Shown: positions 9,996 through 20,310, counted from the first letter of the stretch. The stretch: DNA of 64,000 nt from Candidatus Bathyarchaeota archaeon (GCA_963717465.1 OY970340.1:2144001-2208000); one strand, 5' to 3'. Numbers and translations: made by a program. Notes: generated by a model from the letters alone, not told the origin.

Positions 9996-11742
9996 GCAGA
10001 AACGCTAAAAAGAGTTCAAACGATGAACTCCAAGGCAAACAAGGAAAAGTTGAGACTAAAATTGGGGAACCGCGAAAGGTTGCCTTGATTGTTGCATTAT
10101 GTATTATAATTGGTTATGCTGTTTTTTTGAGAGCTTGGCATCTTTTGGATACCAATTATTATTATATTATTGGTCCTAACTCGTTTCTTTACAATAGAAT
10201 GGCTGAACTCATCATATCAGGGGCTCCTCCTCTTCCCATTCCTGAAGTTGCCAGCATCACGAGTACTGGTGGTTCTGGATTAGCTTATCCTCTTGCATAT
10301 ACTGCTTACATATTAGCCTTCATTTTTCACACTTCGACCACGAGTGGACTGGTGTTAGCTGGAGAAATCTTGCCATTAGTGCTAACTGTAGTGACTTTGC
10401 TGATTATGTATTTTGTTGTTTCTAAAACTAATAATCGGCTTGTTGGTGTTTCTTCAGTTCTTGCCATGGCAATTATGCCTTTAGTTTACCTGGTTCAGGC
10501 TTCTGGATATCTTGACAGGGACGCTCTGAGTTTGTTATTAGTTATGGTTGGAGTTTTTGCGTATTACTTCTTGAGAAAGTGGCATTTCAAGCGAGAAAAT
10601 CGTGATTATGGTTGGATTATAAGCGCCATACCTATTTTGAGTATTGAATACTTACTTTTTTCGGAGTGGAATTTTGGAGCATTTATCATGATTGCTATAA
10701 TTAGTGGAAGTTTTACCTCAGAGTTTATTGGCGACTTCCTGAAAGATTTTCTAAAAGGCTATGACAAAAAAGTGTTGCCGTATCTTTTACGAAGCCCAGA
10801 ATTCGTAGTTGCTGGTTTGGAAAAGGTGCCAAATCAGCGCGAGCGGCAATTAAGCAAGTGAATTGGAAGTTATTCGTTCTGATTATCTTGATAAATGTTG
10901 TAGTTGCAATAGTACTTCCCGACCCTTTTTCTCTTGCTACAAATATTGTGGCTCAAAATTTTTCTATAACTCTTGCTTACATAATAGCTGGTTGCCTTAT
11001 CCTGTGTATTCCTTTAGTGATTGGTTTCTTTATACCATTTATAAGAAGGAGTGAGGGAGACATCTTTTGGTTAGGCTGGTTTCTTACCGCACTTATTTTA
11101 TGCTTTCTTAATTCGGAATCACTTATTTTTCTAACACCTGCCGCTGCTGTATTAATTGCCTACGTAATCTGGCCTATTGGAAAATTCAAAACATTACGTT
11201 GGAAAGGAAAAACAGCACTTACGATGTTTATGATCATAGCAATTTTCATATCCATTTCAGCCTACGATGCCCCCCTAACGCAAGGCTCTCCAACCAATAA
11301 CTGGACTCAAGCGCTTGTTTGGTGTAATCAAAATACTCCAGCAAACGCGTCTATTCTAACCTTGCCGAGTTATTCCTATTGGGTTATAGATATAGCGCAT
11401 AGAACGCCCGTCTTTAGTTATTCAGGGCTAAATTCCTCAAAAACAAGCGATTTAGCATTAGCTTACTGTACGAATGATACTAGTACGACAATTCAAATCA
11501 TGAACAAGTATGGAGCGACGTACATTATTTTCTCAACAGATGAAGTTGCAGTTCTTCCACAGTTAACAAAACTGGCGTTTGGCCAATCGTATGGTAATGG
11601 GCAAACAGTGCCTGATAACATGATTAATTCGGTTTATTATCGCTTCGTATTTGGAAATGTTAGCTCTGATGATGGTCTGACCAAGGTTTATTATGCATCG
11701 CAAAATCAACAGGAGGTAGTAGTGTTAAAACTTGAAGCCTAG
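9992..11742 (+). CDS. AglB/STT3-like GT-C transferase with degenerate motifs (frameshift near 10830)
   Basis: Multi-TM N-terminal part with GYLDRD; C-terminal W..AL.W..NTP.NA.IL...Y.YWV..IAHRTPV and KYGATYI as in AglB. Confidence 0.75.
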
Positions 11743-11915
11743 TATCAAATTGTGTAATGTTTGGAAGAAAAGAATTATTATGCTTATCAGAGTAAAGTGT
11801 ATAAGTTATTGGATAGGTAATATGTTAAAAGTAGTTCATGCATCGTGCTCGAAGCGTTGTGATTTGTTGCCGTTTGGAAGTGGGTTGGCTGAACTGGTAG
11901 ATGGAGTGAATAAAG

Positions 11916-12530
11916 GTGCCTTATCAGTTTAGTTTTGATATATCTCGTATTTCACGAAAATTGTTTCAGGAAATAGCTCTAATTGCGCAAGAGCGAAAAA
12001 CGCATATGGTAATTGGAGCTAAAACCGTCGCCCTTGCAAAACGGTTAAAACTTCTTGAAATAACAGGCTTAGATGTTACGGAAGCGGCCATTCTTCTCGA
12101 AGATCTGGTCGATATTTTTGCGAAGAATATTTCAGATAGACCATTGTTCGATAAGACGAATAAAAGAGTTCTCTTTCTATCGCATTGTTCAAGAAAATAT
12201 ATGGATAACCAGTGCAAAGCGCAATTTGATCCTAAAAAGACAACTTATGTTTGTGCTCATTGTTCCCCAGATTGCTTGATAAATCAATCGTGCGCACTGG
12301 GTGAAAAGAAAGGGTATGATGTCTATGTTGTTCCGGGAGGATCATGCATTCCTGGAATACTTAAGGCTGGAGGCTATAATGGGGTTGTTGGAGTTGCTTG
12401 TAGTCAAGAACTTAAAATGGCAAGCAATATCGTTGAAAAGATGAATGTTCATGGTCAAGGGATGCCTCTTCTTAAGAATGGATGCTGTAATACGCGGTTT
12501 AGTGTGGACAGTCTTGAAAAGATATTATAG
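11916..12530 (+). CDS. DUF116 domain protein (Cys-rich)
   Basis: SHCSRK, CAHCSPDC, VVPGGS, GVAC..EL, LLKNGC. Confidence 0.8.
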   Translation: MPYQFSFDISRISRKLFQEIALIAQERKTHMVIGAKTVALAKRLKLLEITGLDVTEAAILLEDLVDIFAKNISDRPLFDKTNKRVLFLSHCSRKYMDNQCKAQFDPKKTTYVCAHCSPDCLINQSCALGEKKGYDVYVVPGGSCIPGILKAGGYNGVVGVACSQELKMASNIVEKMNVHGQGMPLLKNGCCNTRFSVDSLEKIL

Positions 12531-12586
12531 GTGGGACATATTATGTATTCAATGGTATTGGAAGAGTGAGGGGGTAAAAGCAAGGT

Positions 12587-13291
12587 ATGGCTCTGAATAA
12601 AGCACTTGCTATTCTAGTCTGCTCTATATTTTTGTTATCAGCAATTGTGATGGTTGCTCCGGTTAAGGCTGCGCCATCGACTGAATCCAGTAGCGTTGCC
12701 AACTTTACTTTAACAGGGTGGGTTTGGGGACTTGATTATGCGCAGGATGGTATTGGAAATGCCACTCTAACTGTAACAAATGGTCAAGTAACTTATAATT
12801 CAAATACTCAGACGTGGAGCTTTAATTTTCCGAATTGCCAATTAACCTTCACCTTCGAAGATTCAACTACTCAAACTCCGGTGTCTCAAACGCTTACGAT
12901 TAACCTGGTGGGTTCTGAAACAGAATCCATTTTCCAACTGGGCGAACTTGATTATCCTACGAGCTCTAGTTTTTCAGGCGTATGGTTAAGTAGCGGTTAT
13001 ATCGCGATTATAGGTTATATTTATCTACCGCCTATCAGTGGTGGAGTTTTAAAATCTGCATCACCCTACTATTTTGCTATGAAGACACCAAATGTTAACA
13101 TTCCATTTTCTACTTCTTATAATAATGGTTTTGCTGGTGGTATAGATTCCATAATTAATAATAGCTTTATTTTAATTGATGAATTTGATAGTCAAGTATA
13201 TCAGCTGCGTGGAGTATTATCAAGCGTTCTATATGAACTGATGGTTCTTTTTTCAGGAGTACGCAACCTTATTACGCCATATATTCCTTAA
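12587..13291 (+). CDS. Secreted/surface hypothetical protein
   Basis: Signal peptide ending PVKA; S/T/N-rich beta region with N-x-S/T sequons; amphipathic C-terminal helix. Confidence 0.7.
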   Translation: MALNKALAILVCSIFLLSAIVMVAPVKAAPSTESSSVANFTLTGWVWGLDYAQDGIGNATLTVTNGQVTYNSNTQTWSFNFPNCQLTFTFEDSTTQTPVSQTLTINLVGSETESIFQLGELDYPTSSSFSGVWLSSGYIAIIGYIYLPPISGGVLKSASPYYFAMKTPNVNIPFSTSYNNGFAGGIDSIINNSFILIDEFDSQVYQLRGVLSSVLYELMVLFSGVRNLITPYIP

Positions 13292-13430
13292 CAAATAACC
13301 TAAAATCCGTAACTTAATTATAAAACTTAAGTTGAAACTTAATATTTAATTTTAGACGTGTGCATAATTTTATATCTTAGCGCTTTTGCATCGCGCGCTT
13401 TCAGCAGTTGTTTTTCTTTTTTCTAAACGT

Positions 13431-13820
13431 TTACAGTAATGCTGTTGCTATCTCGGTCACTATGTGAATTATGAACTTTACTATAGTAACGGTACTCGCA
13501 ATGATAATGGGTATCCCGGTTACAATTCCTCCCGCTAATGTACTGCTGTTTCCAGCGTAATATATTGTATTATTCGCTGCATCAGCTGTCATGGATAGTA
13601 TGGGGCACGTAGATGAAATGTAAGCAGCTATACTTGCTGGGTAGGCCATTACGTAATTCAAGGCTACTAATGAGTTCATTACAAGAACTGATATTTCAGC
13701 AGGGGCATTCGCCATTATGCTCACACCGAGGGCGCTATTCGCAGTAAGTGAATTGCTTCCGATAGTTACTAAGTTGATCGTAAAAGCTATTAAGTCATTG
13801 AGAAAAGCTATTAGTGACGT
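13431..13820 (-). CDS. Small hydrophobic helical protein, family A copy 1
   Basis: Paralog of 14394..14771; the open frame extends to ACG at 13820, at the position of the paralog's ATG. Confidence 0.75.
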   Translation of the reverse strand, partial: TSLIAFLNDLIAFTINLVTIGSNSLTANSALGVSIMANAPAEISVLVMNSLVALNYVMAYPASIAAYISSTCPILSMTADAANNTIYYAGNSSTLAGGIVTGIPIIIASTVTIVKFIIHIVTEIATALL

Positions 13821-13945
13821 TTTTTCATTCTTCCCTCCTTAGTGCGCTAACCTCTTGCCATTGACCTCGCGTTTGAATATCCAAAAACAAAGCCTATTTG
13901 TTGTGCGCGCGCAAGTCATGAGGATAAAAAATATGGCTCATGATA

Positions 13946-14284
13946 TCAGGAACCTGTTAGAATATACGTTAAGATATTATTCATAACTGCGACGGTATTT
14001 TGTAATACGCCGGCTAAATTACTAGCCAGAGTTTGCCCAGGCGAAGTAAGGGTATTGCCATTAACAAATTGTGCAAGTACAGCATTTGCTAGCGTGAGCA
14101 AATAGTCCAAAAGAATTGTCACTTGCTTAATTAAATATGATGATTCATTAACCAGAATTTGCCCAGACGGAGTAAGGGTATTGCCATTAACAAATTGTGC
14201 AAGTACAGCATTTGCTAGCGTGAGCAAATAACTCGAAAGAATTGCAAATTGCTGATTTAAAGATGTTAAAGCTGCAGTACTCAT
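13946..14284 (-). CDS. Small hydrophobic two-repeat protein, family B copy 1
   Basis: YLLTLANAVLAQFVNGNTLT occurs twice, 42 aa apart (60 bp identical: 14045-14104 and 14171-14230). Confidence 0.8.
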   Translation of the reverse strand: MSTAALTSLNQQFAILSSYLLTLANAVLAQFVNGNTLTPSGQILVNESSYLIKQVTILLDYLLTLANAVLAQFVNGNTLTSPGQTLASNLAGVLQNTVAVMNNILTYILTGS

Positions 14285-14393
14285 TTTATTTCACTTCTTG
14301 TTTCTTCTCCGACTTAATAGCAAGTGTTACGAAAAAGGGGAATATTTGATATTTTCATCGGTTAGCGCATGCGCTATCCTTTTTTCTAAATGC

Positions 14394-14771
14394 TTAAATA
14401 ACCGTTGCTAGCCACTTCATTAAAGCGCTTAATACAGTAACGCAATTCCCCACGATACCGCCTATCCCGGTTACAATTCCTCCCGCTAATGTACTGCTGT
14501 TTCCAGCGTAAGCTACTGTATTATTCGCTGCATCAGTTGCAAAGCTGGGAACTGGGCACGTAGATGAAATGTAAGCAGCTATACTTGCTGGGTAGGCCAT
14601 TACGTAATTCAAGGCTACTAATGAGTTCATTACAAGAACTGATATTTCAGCAGGGGCATTCGCCATTATGCTCACACCGAGGGCGCTATTCGCAGTAAGT
14701 GAATTGCTTAGGATAGAGAATAAGCTGGCCAGAAAATTTACTAAGCTATTTGCTAGATCTATTAGAGACAT
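14394..14771 (-). CDS. Small hydrophobic helical protein, family A copy 2
   Basis: ATG 14771 after AGGAGG; 125 aa with 4 charged residues. Confidence 0.8.
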   Translation of the reverse strand: MSLIDLANSLVNFLASLFSILSNSLTANSALGVSIMANAPAEISVLVMNSLVALNYVMAYPASIAAYISSTCPVPSFATDAANNTVAYAGNSSTLAGGIVTGIGGIVGNCVTVLSALMKWLATVI

Positions 14772-14993
14772 TTTTTCATTCTTCCCTCCTTTCATTTTTT
14801 TAACTCTAACTTGATTAGTTAGAGTTGACACGAATATACTTACATCAAGCTTTAAGTTATAAGCAGTAGGTAGTAACAAACGTAACTAAAGAATTTCCAA
14901 AAAAAATTCACTTTTCAAACTCAAAAAGTGGGATTTATGGCGTTCAACTCGAAAGCAAATTATTTAGCGGTTGAAATGTCACGGAAGGACAAT

Positions 14994-15776
14994 TTAGAAT
15001 TCAGTTTCTTTGCTGATTGCTTTCATAGCCTCTGACTGACGCCCTAAAGCTTTTTGGTTCCTCATTGCCTTCATCATATTGAGCTTTAGTTTAGCTTTCT
15101 GCGGGTTAATCTCACCTCTAGCTATACCCGCATGCATAGCATAAGTAGCGGTTGAACCGAACTCAGTTTCTTTATTACTAAGATCAGCTGCCTTAGCCTC
15201 GCTAACTGTTCCCTTCCCATTATCAAACTTCATCAGAAAAGCTCTCGGCTGCCCATCTGGACCCACAACATCAGAATAGACATACATAAAACTTGTAGTA
15301 AGCGCTGCTTTCATCCATTCTTGATCATTGTTTAACCAATCAGCCATTTTCTGATACCACTCCAATGTTCCAAATTTAAGCCGCATTTGAGTGGATTCCA
15401 TTTGAACAGGCTCTGCTGATGAAGGCTCAATTATGGCAGATTCCGCAAGATCGGGTTCTTTTGGAGTAGGTTCTGCTTGAACAGACTCGCCTTGAAAAGG
15501 CACCGTTAATGTTGGTTCTGTTTTAACAGCTGTTGGTGCAGATTCTGTTTTAACAGGTTCATCCTTTTTAAGCTCCTTTTTTTCTTCAAGGCTCCTTTTA
15601 ACATCACTTAAGGGCTTTTTGAAAATTGCAGTATTATTAACGCGAGTTCCAGATACTGTTGAAAAAGTAGCTATTAATTCCCAACCATCCAATCCAAGTT
15701 GTCTAAACTCTCTTTCATTTTCTTCCTGATACGAGTACGGTTTCAGTTTAAAAAATTTATATTGCCAACCTTTCAA
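14994..15776 (-). CDS. DUF4177-like + P/E/T/S linker + SCP2-like lipid-binding domain fusion
   Basis: LGLDGWELI at the N-terminus; C-terminal KFGTLEW...WLNND...ATY...IARGEINP. Confidence 0.65.
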   Translation of the reverse strand: MKGWQYKFFKLKPYSYQEENEREFRQLGLDGWELIATFSTVSGTRVNNTAIFKKPLSDVKRSLEEKKELKKDEPVKTESAPTAVKTEPTLTVPFQGESVQAEPTPKEPDLAESAIIEPSSAEPVQMESTQMRLKFGTLEWYQKMADWLNNDQEWMKAALTTSFMYVYSDVVGPDGQPRAFLMKFDNGKGTVSEAKAADLSNKETEFGSTATYAMHAGIARGEINPQKAKLKLNMMKAMRNQKALGRQSEAMKAISKETEF

Positions 15777-16186
15777 GTTAACCCTTCCCCTTTTCTCTAA
15801 TTCCTAAACAGCATATTTCTATTATAACAACTATAAAATTTTTGTTCTTTTTCGCATACGCACGCCAACAACTAAACATCCATCAACAGGCAAATCCATC
15901 TACTTCTCAAAACCACCCAACATCCCCAAAGACCACAATCGCCCCTTTTACCCCTGACAAACGCGCGGTGCGTGCACTACGACGCTTGTTTTATTTTCCA
16001 TCATGAACCTGTACTTGAACCTATACTCTGAAGCAGAGTCCATAAGCAAAAAGCAGACTTTTAATCATTTTTAACCATTTTTGGAACAGGCATGCTCGCT
16101 ACAGCCGTCTAATCCGTAAATCTCTATTTTTCTTCAAGTTTTGAAGTTCATAACACTTATAGTCTTTACAGTTGATATTTTAGCGC

Positions 16187-18601
16187 ATGAGCAATAAAAA
16201 AGCTCACCAAGAGGCAAAACCTCAAACTATCCAGGCAACTTCACCCGTATTGATCGATTCGACAGTTACTGGCAAGAAGGAATGTCTTCACATTTTACAC
16301 GTTGATGATGATGTTTCTCTTCTGGAAGTTTCAAAACAGATACTATCTATGGAGAACAATTTCCAGATTGATACAGCCCTATCAGTTGACGAAGCTTTCA
16401 GAAAAATGGAGAAGCAACCATATGACGTGATTGTTTCCGACTATGAAATGCCTCTAAAAACCGGATTGGAATTTCTGAAAGACCTAAGAGAGCAGAAGAA
16501 TGAAGTACCTTTTATTTTATTTACGGGAAAAGGCAGAGAAGAAGTTGCAGTTAAAGCTTTGAATTTAAGCGCTGACAGCTACATCAATAAAAATGGCTCG
16601 CCAGAAACGGTATATTGCGAATTGACGGATGCTATTAACAAGGCGGCGGAGCGAAAAAAGTCGAGACAGTTACTTACAAAGTCAGAATTAAAGTACCGTA
16701 CACTAGTTGAGAAATCACTCCAAGGAATACTGGTTGCACTACCAAAGCCGCTAAAGTATGTTTTTGCTAACAGTGCGATAGAAAAGATGTTAGGTTATTC
16801 TTCTCAAGAGCTAATGTCGCTTTCGCCCGAAGAAATTATGAGTTTAGTGTATTCTGAGGATAGAACAATTTTCTTTAAGCGCCTGGAAGACCGCTTGAAT
16901 GGTGAACCGGCGAATTCTTGCTATGAGTTTCGTGCAGTCCGCAAAGATGGCTCGATAATCTGGCTAAGTGTACTCTCTGAGAGAGTTGATTATGATGGGC
17001 AGCCAGCCGTGATGGGTATGTTCTTGGATATTACTGAAAGCAGAAAGCATGAGGAGAGTGTGAGAAAAAGTGAGCAGAGGTATCGAGATCTTGCCAACTT
17101 TTTGCCGGGGCTTGTTTATGAATCAGATCTAACTAAGGTTACTTTCGTTAATAAACGAGTTTTCGAAGTGACAGGCTATACAGAGGAAGAGATCAATGAT
17201 GCTATGAATACGCTGGCGTTCATTGCCCCCGAGGACCAAGAAAGGCTGAGGGAAATGTGGGTGAAAACATTGAACCCAGTGATTGAAGAATGCCCTGATA
17301 GAAAAGGCCCTGATAAAAGCCTTGATATTGAATGTGAGTTTACGCTCGTGAAAAAAGACGGCACCAGATATCCTGCGCTTATTATGTCCAGTCCCATTAT
17401 TTCTGAAAACGAACTGACAGGGTTCAGAGGGTTGGTCATAGACATCACAGAACGCAAGAAGGCTGAAGAGAACGTAAGAAAAAGTGAGCAGAGGTATCGA
17501 GATCTTGCCAACTTTTTGCCAGGGGTTGTTTTTGAGAGAGATCTAAACGGGGTTACTTACGTCAATCGACATGCTTTCGAAATGACAGGCTATACGACAG
17601 AGGAGCTCCAATCGGACTCGGACATGATGCTGTTTGTTCTTCCCGAGGATCAAGAAAAAGTAATAGAAAACGTAAAGAAGATACTGATTGCAGAAAATCT
17701 TGGCATTGTCGAGTTTACAATCGTAAAAAAAGACGGCACCACTTTCCCCGCGCTTATCATGATCAGCCCTGTTATTTCTGAAGGTGAAGTGACAGGGTTT
17801 AGAGGCGTGGTCATGGACATCACAGAACGCAAGAAGGCTGAAGAAGCCCTAAATCAGACAATGAATAAGTTGGCGATAGTAAACGAGAAACTCAGAGTTG
17901 TGGGCAGCCTAACTAGGCATGACGTACGAAACAAGCTCTCCATAGTGACTGGAAACGCGTTCTTGCTCAAAAAGAAGCATGCAGATCAGCCGGACATCAT
18001 TGATAGGATTGGCAAAATAGAGCAAGCTAGCAAAGAAATTGAGAGAATTTTAGACTTCGCTAAAATGTATGAGCAACTAGGAGTTGAAGAACTAACATTT
18101 ATCGACGTCGAGGCCAAACTGAAAGAAGCGTATTCTCTCTTTTCCTACCCGCTCCCACAGATAATTAATGAATGCCAAGGATTAACTGTTTTAGCGGATT
18201 CATTTCTAAGACAACTGTTCTACAATTTCATCGATAATACCTTGAAATATGGCAAGAAAACCACAACTATAAATGTATACTTCGAAAAAACTGATCAAGA
18301 CAGCCTAAAACTAGTATATGAAGATGACGGCATAGGAATATCCTTTGAGAATAAAAAGAGTCTTTTCACTGAAGGTTTCAGCACGGGCGGCAGCACCGGC
18401 TTTGGACTATTCTTATCAAAAAAGATGATGGATGTTTATGACTGGAAAATTGAAGAGAATGGTGAGCCGGGCAAAGGCGCAAAATTCACCATGACAATTC
18501 CCAGGTTCAACAAAAACGGAAAGGAAACCTTTCAAATTAAAAGCAAAAACATGATCCTAAGGAATGATGATGCTGTACCACTACGATTGGAAAAAGGCTG
18601 A
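16187..18601 (+). CDS. Hybrid sensor kinase REC-PAS-PAS-PAS-HisKA-HATPase
   Basis: HVDDD, SDYEMP, three PAS/PAC units (DITE), H-box RHDVRN, DDGIG, GFGL. Confidence 0.92.
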   Translation: MSNKKAHQEAKPQTIQATSPVLIDSTVTGKKECLHILHVDDDVSLLEVSKQILSMENNFQIDTALSVDEAFRKMEKQPYDVIVSDYEMPLKTGLEFLKDLREQKNEVPFILFTGKGREEVAVKALNLSADSYINKNGSPETVYCELTDAINKAAERKKSRQLLTKSELKYRTLVEKSLQGILVALPKPLKYVFANSAIEKMLGYSSQELMSLSPEEIMSLVYSEDRTIFFKRLEDRLNGEPANSCYEFRAVRKDGSIIWLSVLSERVDYDGQPAVMGMFLDITESRKHEESVRKSEQRYRDLANFLPGLVYESDLTKVTFVNKRVFEVTGYTEEEINDAMNTLAFIAPEDQERLREMWVKTLNPVIEECPDRKGPDKSLDIECEFTLVKKDGTRYPALIMSSPIISENELTGFRGLVIDITERKKAEENVRKSEQRYRDLANFLPGVVFERDLNGVTYVNRHAFEMTGYTTEELQSDSDMMLFVLPEDQEKVIENVKKILIAENLGIVEFTIVKKDGTTFPALIMISPVISEGEVTGFRGVVMDITERKKAEEALNQTMNKLAIVNEKLRVVGSLTRHDVRNKLSIVTGNAFLLKKKHADQPDIIDRIGKIEQASKEIERILDFAKMYEQLGVEELTFIDVEAKLKEAYSLFSYPLPQIINECQGLTVLADSFLRQLFYNFIDNTLKYGKKTTTINVYFEKTDQDSLKLVYEDDGIGISFENKKSLFTEGFSTGGSTGFGLFLSKKMMDVYDWKIEENGEPGKGAKFTMTIPRFNKNGKETFQIKSKNMILRNDDAVPLRLEKG

Positions 18602-19007
18602 TGTAGTGCGTTAAAAAAGAGGAAAAAACTTACCACCAACACAAAAAAGCCGGCACAAGGCAGCGCGCCTTCAAAACAGTCCACTTCAAAAAAAAAAAAC
18701 ATAAAAAAAGCAATCCTGAACAAAAGAAAACTAATTAGTAACTAATTAGCAGCCGACAAATAACCCTAAACCGCTTCCTTAACCATGCAAAAAGTTCAAA
18801 CAACACCACCCATAACCATAAAAAGGTTCAAAACGCACAACGCTTCAAGACTAAGACTAACGCACTTTTGCAAAAACAAGCCCAAATAAACCGTTTTCAA
18901 ACTAAAAAAATTCTTAAAATTGAACAAAAAAGTTCAAAATTCCACTCCACCACACGTGAACAATACCAACCACACAAAAACCATGACCCAAAAACTCACA
19001 GTGGCAT

Positions 19008-19775
19008 TCAGCTTAAACTAAACGACGGTTCAAAAGCAACTGAACTCCAAAGCTTCTCAGCAGCCTCCTCTTGCTCTTTAGACCCAGTAACTAAAAGCCA
19101 AACACATCCCTCAGCACCACATACGCCGCCAGCCGAAAGCAATTCAGCACATGCACCCGTCAACTGATTTATTGCATCAAGTTCAGTAAACACCTCACCA
19201 GCTACAGAAAACAACCGGTAACCACCTGCACCTGGAGAATTCACCTTCTCTGCCAAAGCATTCAAATCACAATCGAGACGCTTCTCAAGGCCAACGGGCA
19301 AAATCAACTTAACTCGACGACCTAAAACCGCAGGCAAAGCAACACCTATAGTTCCAGCTTTCGGATGACCAATCAAAATAGCCGCCTGCTTAAGCCTAAC
19401 GTTCAATGCATTAGCGCCTTTCAAGATAACATCACCTTCCTTAAGCGAATCAACAACATCCATGATTGTTTTGCCTTTTTGCCAAACACCTTTCATTATT
19501 ACAATATCTCCAGGAAATCTGCTTTCATCCCCAAGACGCCCTTCAGATGTTACCGCTTTGCCTGGAGGCAATGTTATTCCACGAAAAAAATGTTGACGCG
19601 AAAAATCATTAACCCCCATAGTTTTCAGTATTTCTTCAGCAACATAACCGTTAGTGGTGCCTGCAACAATAACAACAGTACCATTTCCCAATGCTTTAAC
19701 GACTAAAGGATGTTTAGCTAACGCCTTAGCGATTAACCGTTTACCTGCAGAAGGAGTTACAATAAACTGCTTCAT
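19008..19775 (-). CDS. Conserved hypothetical alpha/beta protein
   Basis: [38 protein letters not shown]; function not assignable. Confidence 0.7.
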   Translation of the reverse strand: MKQFIVTPSAGKRLIAKALAKHPLVVKALGNGTVVIVAGTTNGYVAEEILKTMGVNDFSRQHFFRGITLPPGKAVTSEGRLGDESRFPGDIVIMKGVWQKGKTIMDVVDSLKEGDVILKGANALNVRLKQAAILIGHPKAGTIGVALPAVLGRRVKLILPVGLEKRLDCDLNALAEKVNSPGAGGYRLFSVAGEVFTELDAINQLTGACAELLSAGGVCGAEGCVWLLVTGSKEQEEAAEKLWSSVAFEPSFSLS

Positions 19776-20069
19776 CAAACACTCACCCATCAGTTTAGAC
19801 ACTACTAATATCGACAGTATGCAATAAAAGGTCTATTAGCAAACTACCGTTAACACACTAAAGTTACAAAACCTTAGGCCAACATTTTACCTTTCTCAAA
19901 CAAAACAATCATCAATAAACGCTGATTCTAACAATCCAGATGCTTCAAAGAAGGCTAAAGATCTTAATTAAATAAACCCTAAAATACCACAACGATAAGC
20001 CAACATCTCATATTTTGGCTCATTAAAATCAAGAAATCCAACAAATATGCCTTACAAACCAAGGAATTC

Positions 20070-20240
20070 TTACCATCCTGAAGTTGCATCTTCCCCAGTT
20101 TGATCTAAAGCCTTTTTCTCTTCATCCCCAACATCAGGGGGAATATCTGCTTTTTTGTTGCCTTCTTGAATCGTTTCCTTCTTCTTTTTCTTTTCAATAA
20201 TGGTAAATTGACCTTTTTCTTCACGATTTTTCTTCGTCAT
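20070..20240 (-). CDS. Small charged protein (56 aa), absent from the ORF track
   Basis: MTKKNREEKGQFTIIEKKKK...DQTGEDATSGW*. Confidence 0.5.
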   Translation of the reverse strand: MTKKNREEKGQFTIIEKKKKKETIQEGNKKADIPPDVGDEEKKALDQTGEDATSGW

Positions 20241-20310
20241 TTCATTTCAAACCGTACAATCCTTGTTTACTCATCTTATTTAAAAGAATAAAACGCTGAC
20301 ATTCGATTAA

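Noticed and set aside
13512..14709. Diversity-generating retroelement TR/VR pair
   Set aside because: Differences are not restricted to adenines and there is no reverse transcriptase in the window
18600..19167. ORFs 18532..18723 and 18868..19167 and the A run near 18687-18699
   Set aside because: Low-complexity A/C-rich intergenic DNA, partly antisense to real genes
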